Source: Candidatus Marinacidobacterales bacterium
GTDB taxonomy: Bacteria; Acidobacteriota; Vicinamibacteria; Marinacidobacterales; DATDRI01
Assembly: GCA_965219415.1 (NCBI GenBank)
Contig: CBDCNP010000002.1
Coordinates: 3,424,001-3,488,000 of the forward strand
Direction: 5' to 3'
Length of the DNA: 64,000 nucleotides
Shown: positions 63,779-64,000 of the stretch, piece after piece
Numbering within the stretch: the stretch's first letter is position 1
Layout of the letters: every line of letters begins with the position of its first letter
Translations under genes and position numbers: made by a program
Notes under the pieces: model-generated
Databases searched by the model: none
Seen by the model: the letters and a program-made list of their open reading frames with translations, nothing else
Told to the model about the DNA's origin: nothing

Positions 63779-64000
63779 TGGACCGACGAGACTTCCCCTC
63801 TGAAAGCCCAGTCGTGGTGTTGGGCGGAGGTCCCGCCGGCGCCACGGTATCGGCCCTCCTCGCTGCAGATGGCCACCAAGTTCTTCTCCTTGAACGAGAG
63901 AAGTTTCCTCGCTTCCACATCGGCGAGTCGCTGATGCCAGAGACGTACTGGACCCTTCAGAAGCTCGGCGTTCTCGACAAGCTGGAAGCCAGTCGCTCGC
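63778..64000 (+). CDS. FAD-dependent oxidoreductase, halogenase-like family (runs off window end)
   Basis: TGATG coupling; VVVLGGGPAG, LLEREKFPRFHIGESLMP. Confidence 0.85.
   Translation, partial: MDRRDFPSESPVVVLGGGPAGATVSALLAADGHQVLLLEREKFPRFHIGESLMPETYWTLQKLGVLDKLEASRS

Overview
GC-rich bacterial window, tentatively Acidobacteria-like from gene content. It is a mosaic of 1-5 kb islands of unrelated unique genes joined through dozens of IS ends, MITEs and nested IS fragments: several IS481-like rve-integrase families (labelled B, C, D, E, F here), IS3, IS5, IS6, IS1, IS21, IS256 and a DUF2924/serine-recombinase element. Many genes stop exactly at an IS terminus, and only one of the two-ended elements checked has a matching target duplication. 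Intact islands include a LysM lytic transglycosylase, DUF169, FitAB/VapBC, an aminobenzoate-CoA-ligase-like enzyme, radical SAM enzymes and amidohydrolases. Best candidates for new biology: (1) a Fur-boxed locus with a heme-type TonB-dependent receptor fused to an N-terminal CbiX chelatase-fold domain, plus a secreted tandem-CbiX protein (39403-44895); (2) a DUF3800 gene with a convergent, structured ncRNA that has its own promoter (53496-54287); (3) an MqsR/MqsA-like pair coupled to a KGGVGR ParA-like ATPase-TPR protein (54729-57598); (4) a secreted UxxC selenoperoxiredoxin that the ORF track missed (7143-7670). All family assignments come from motif recognition by eye; no searches were run.
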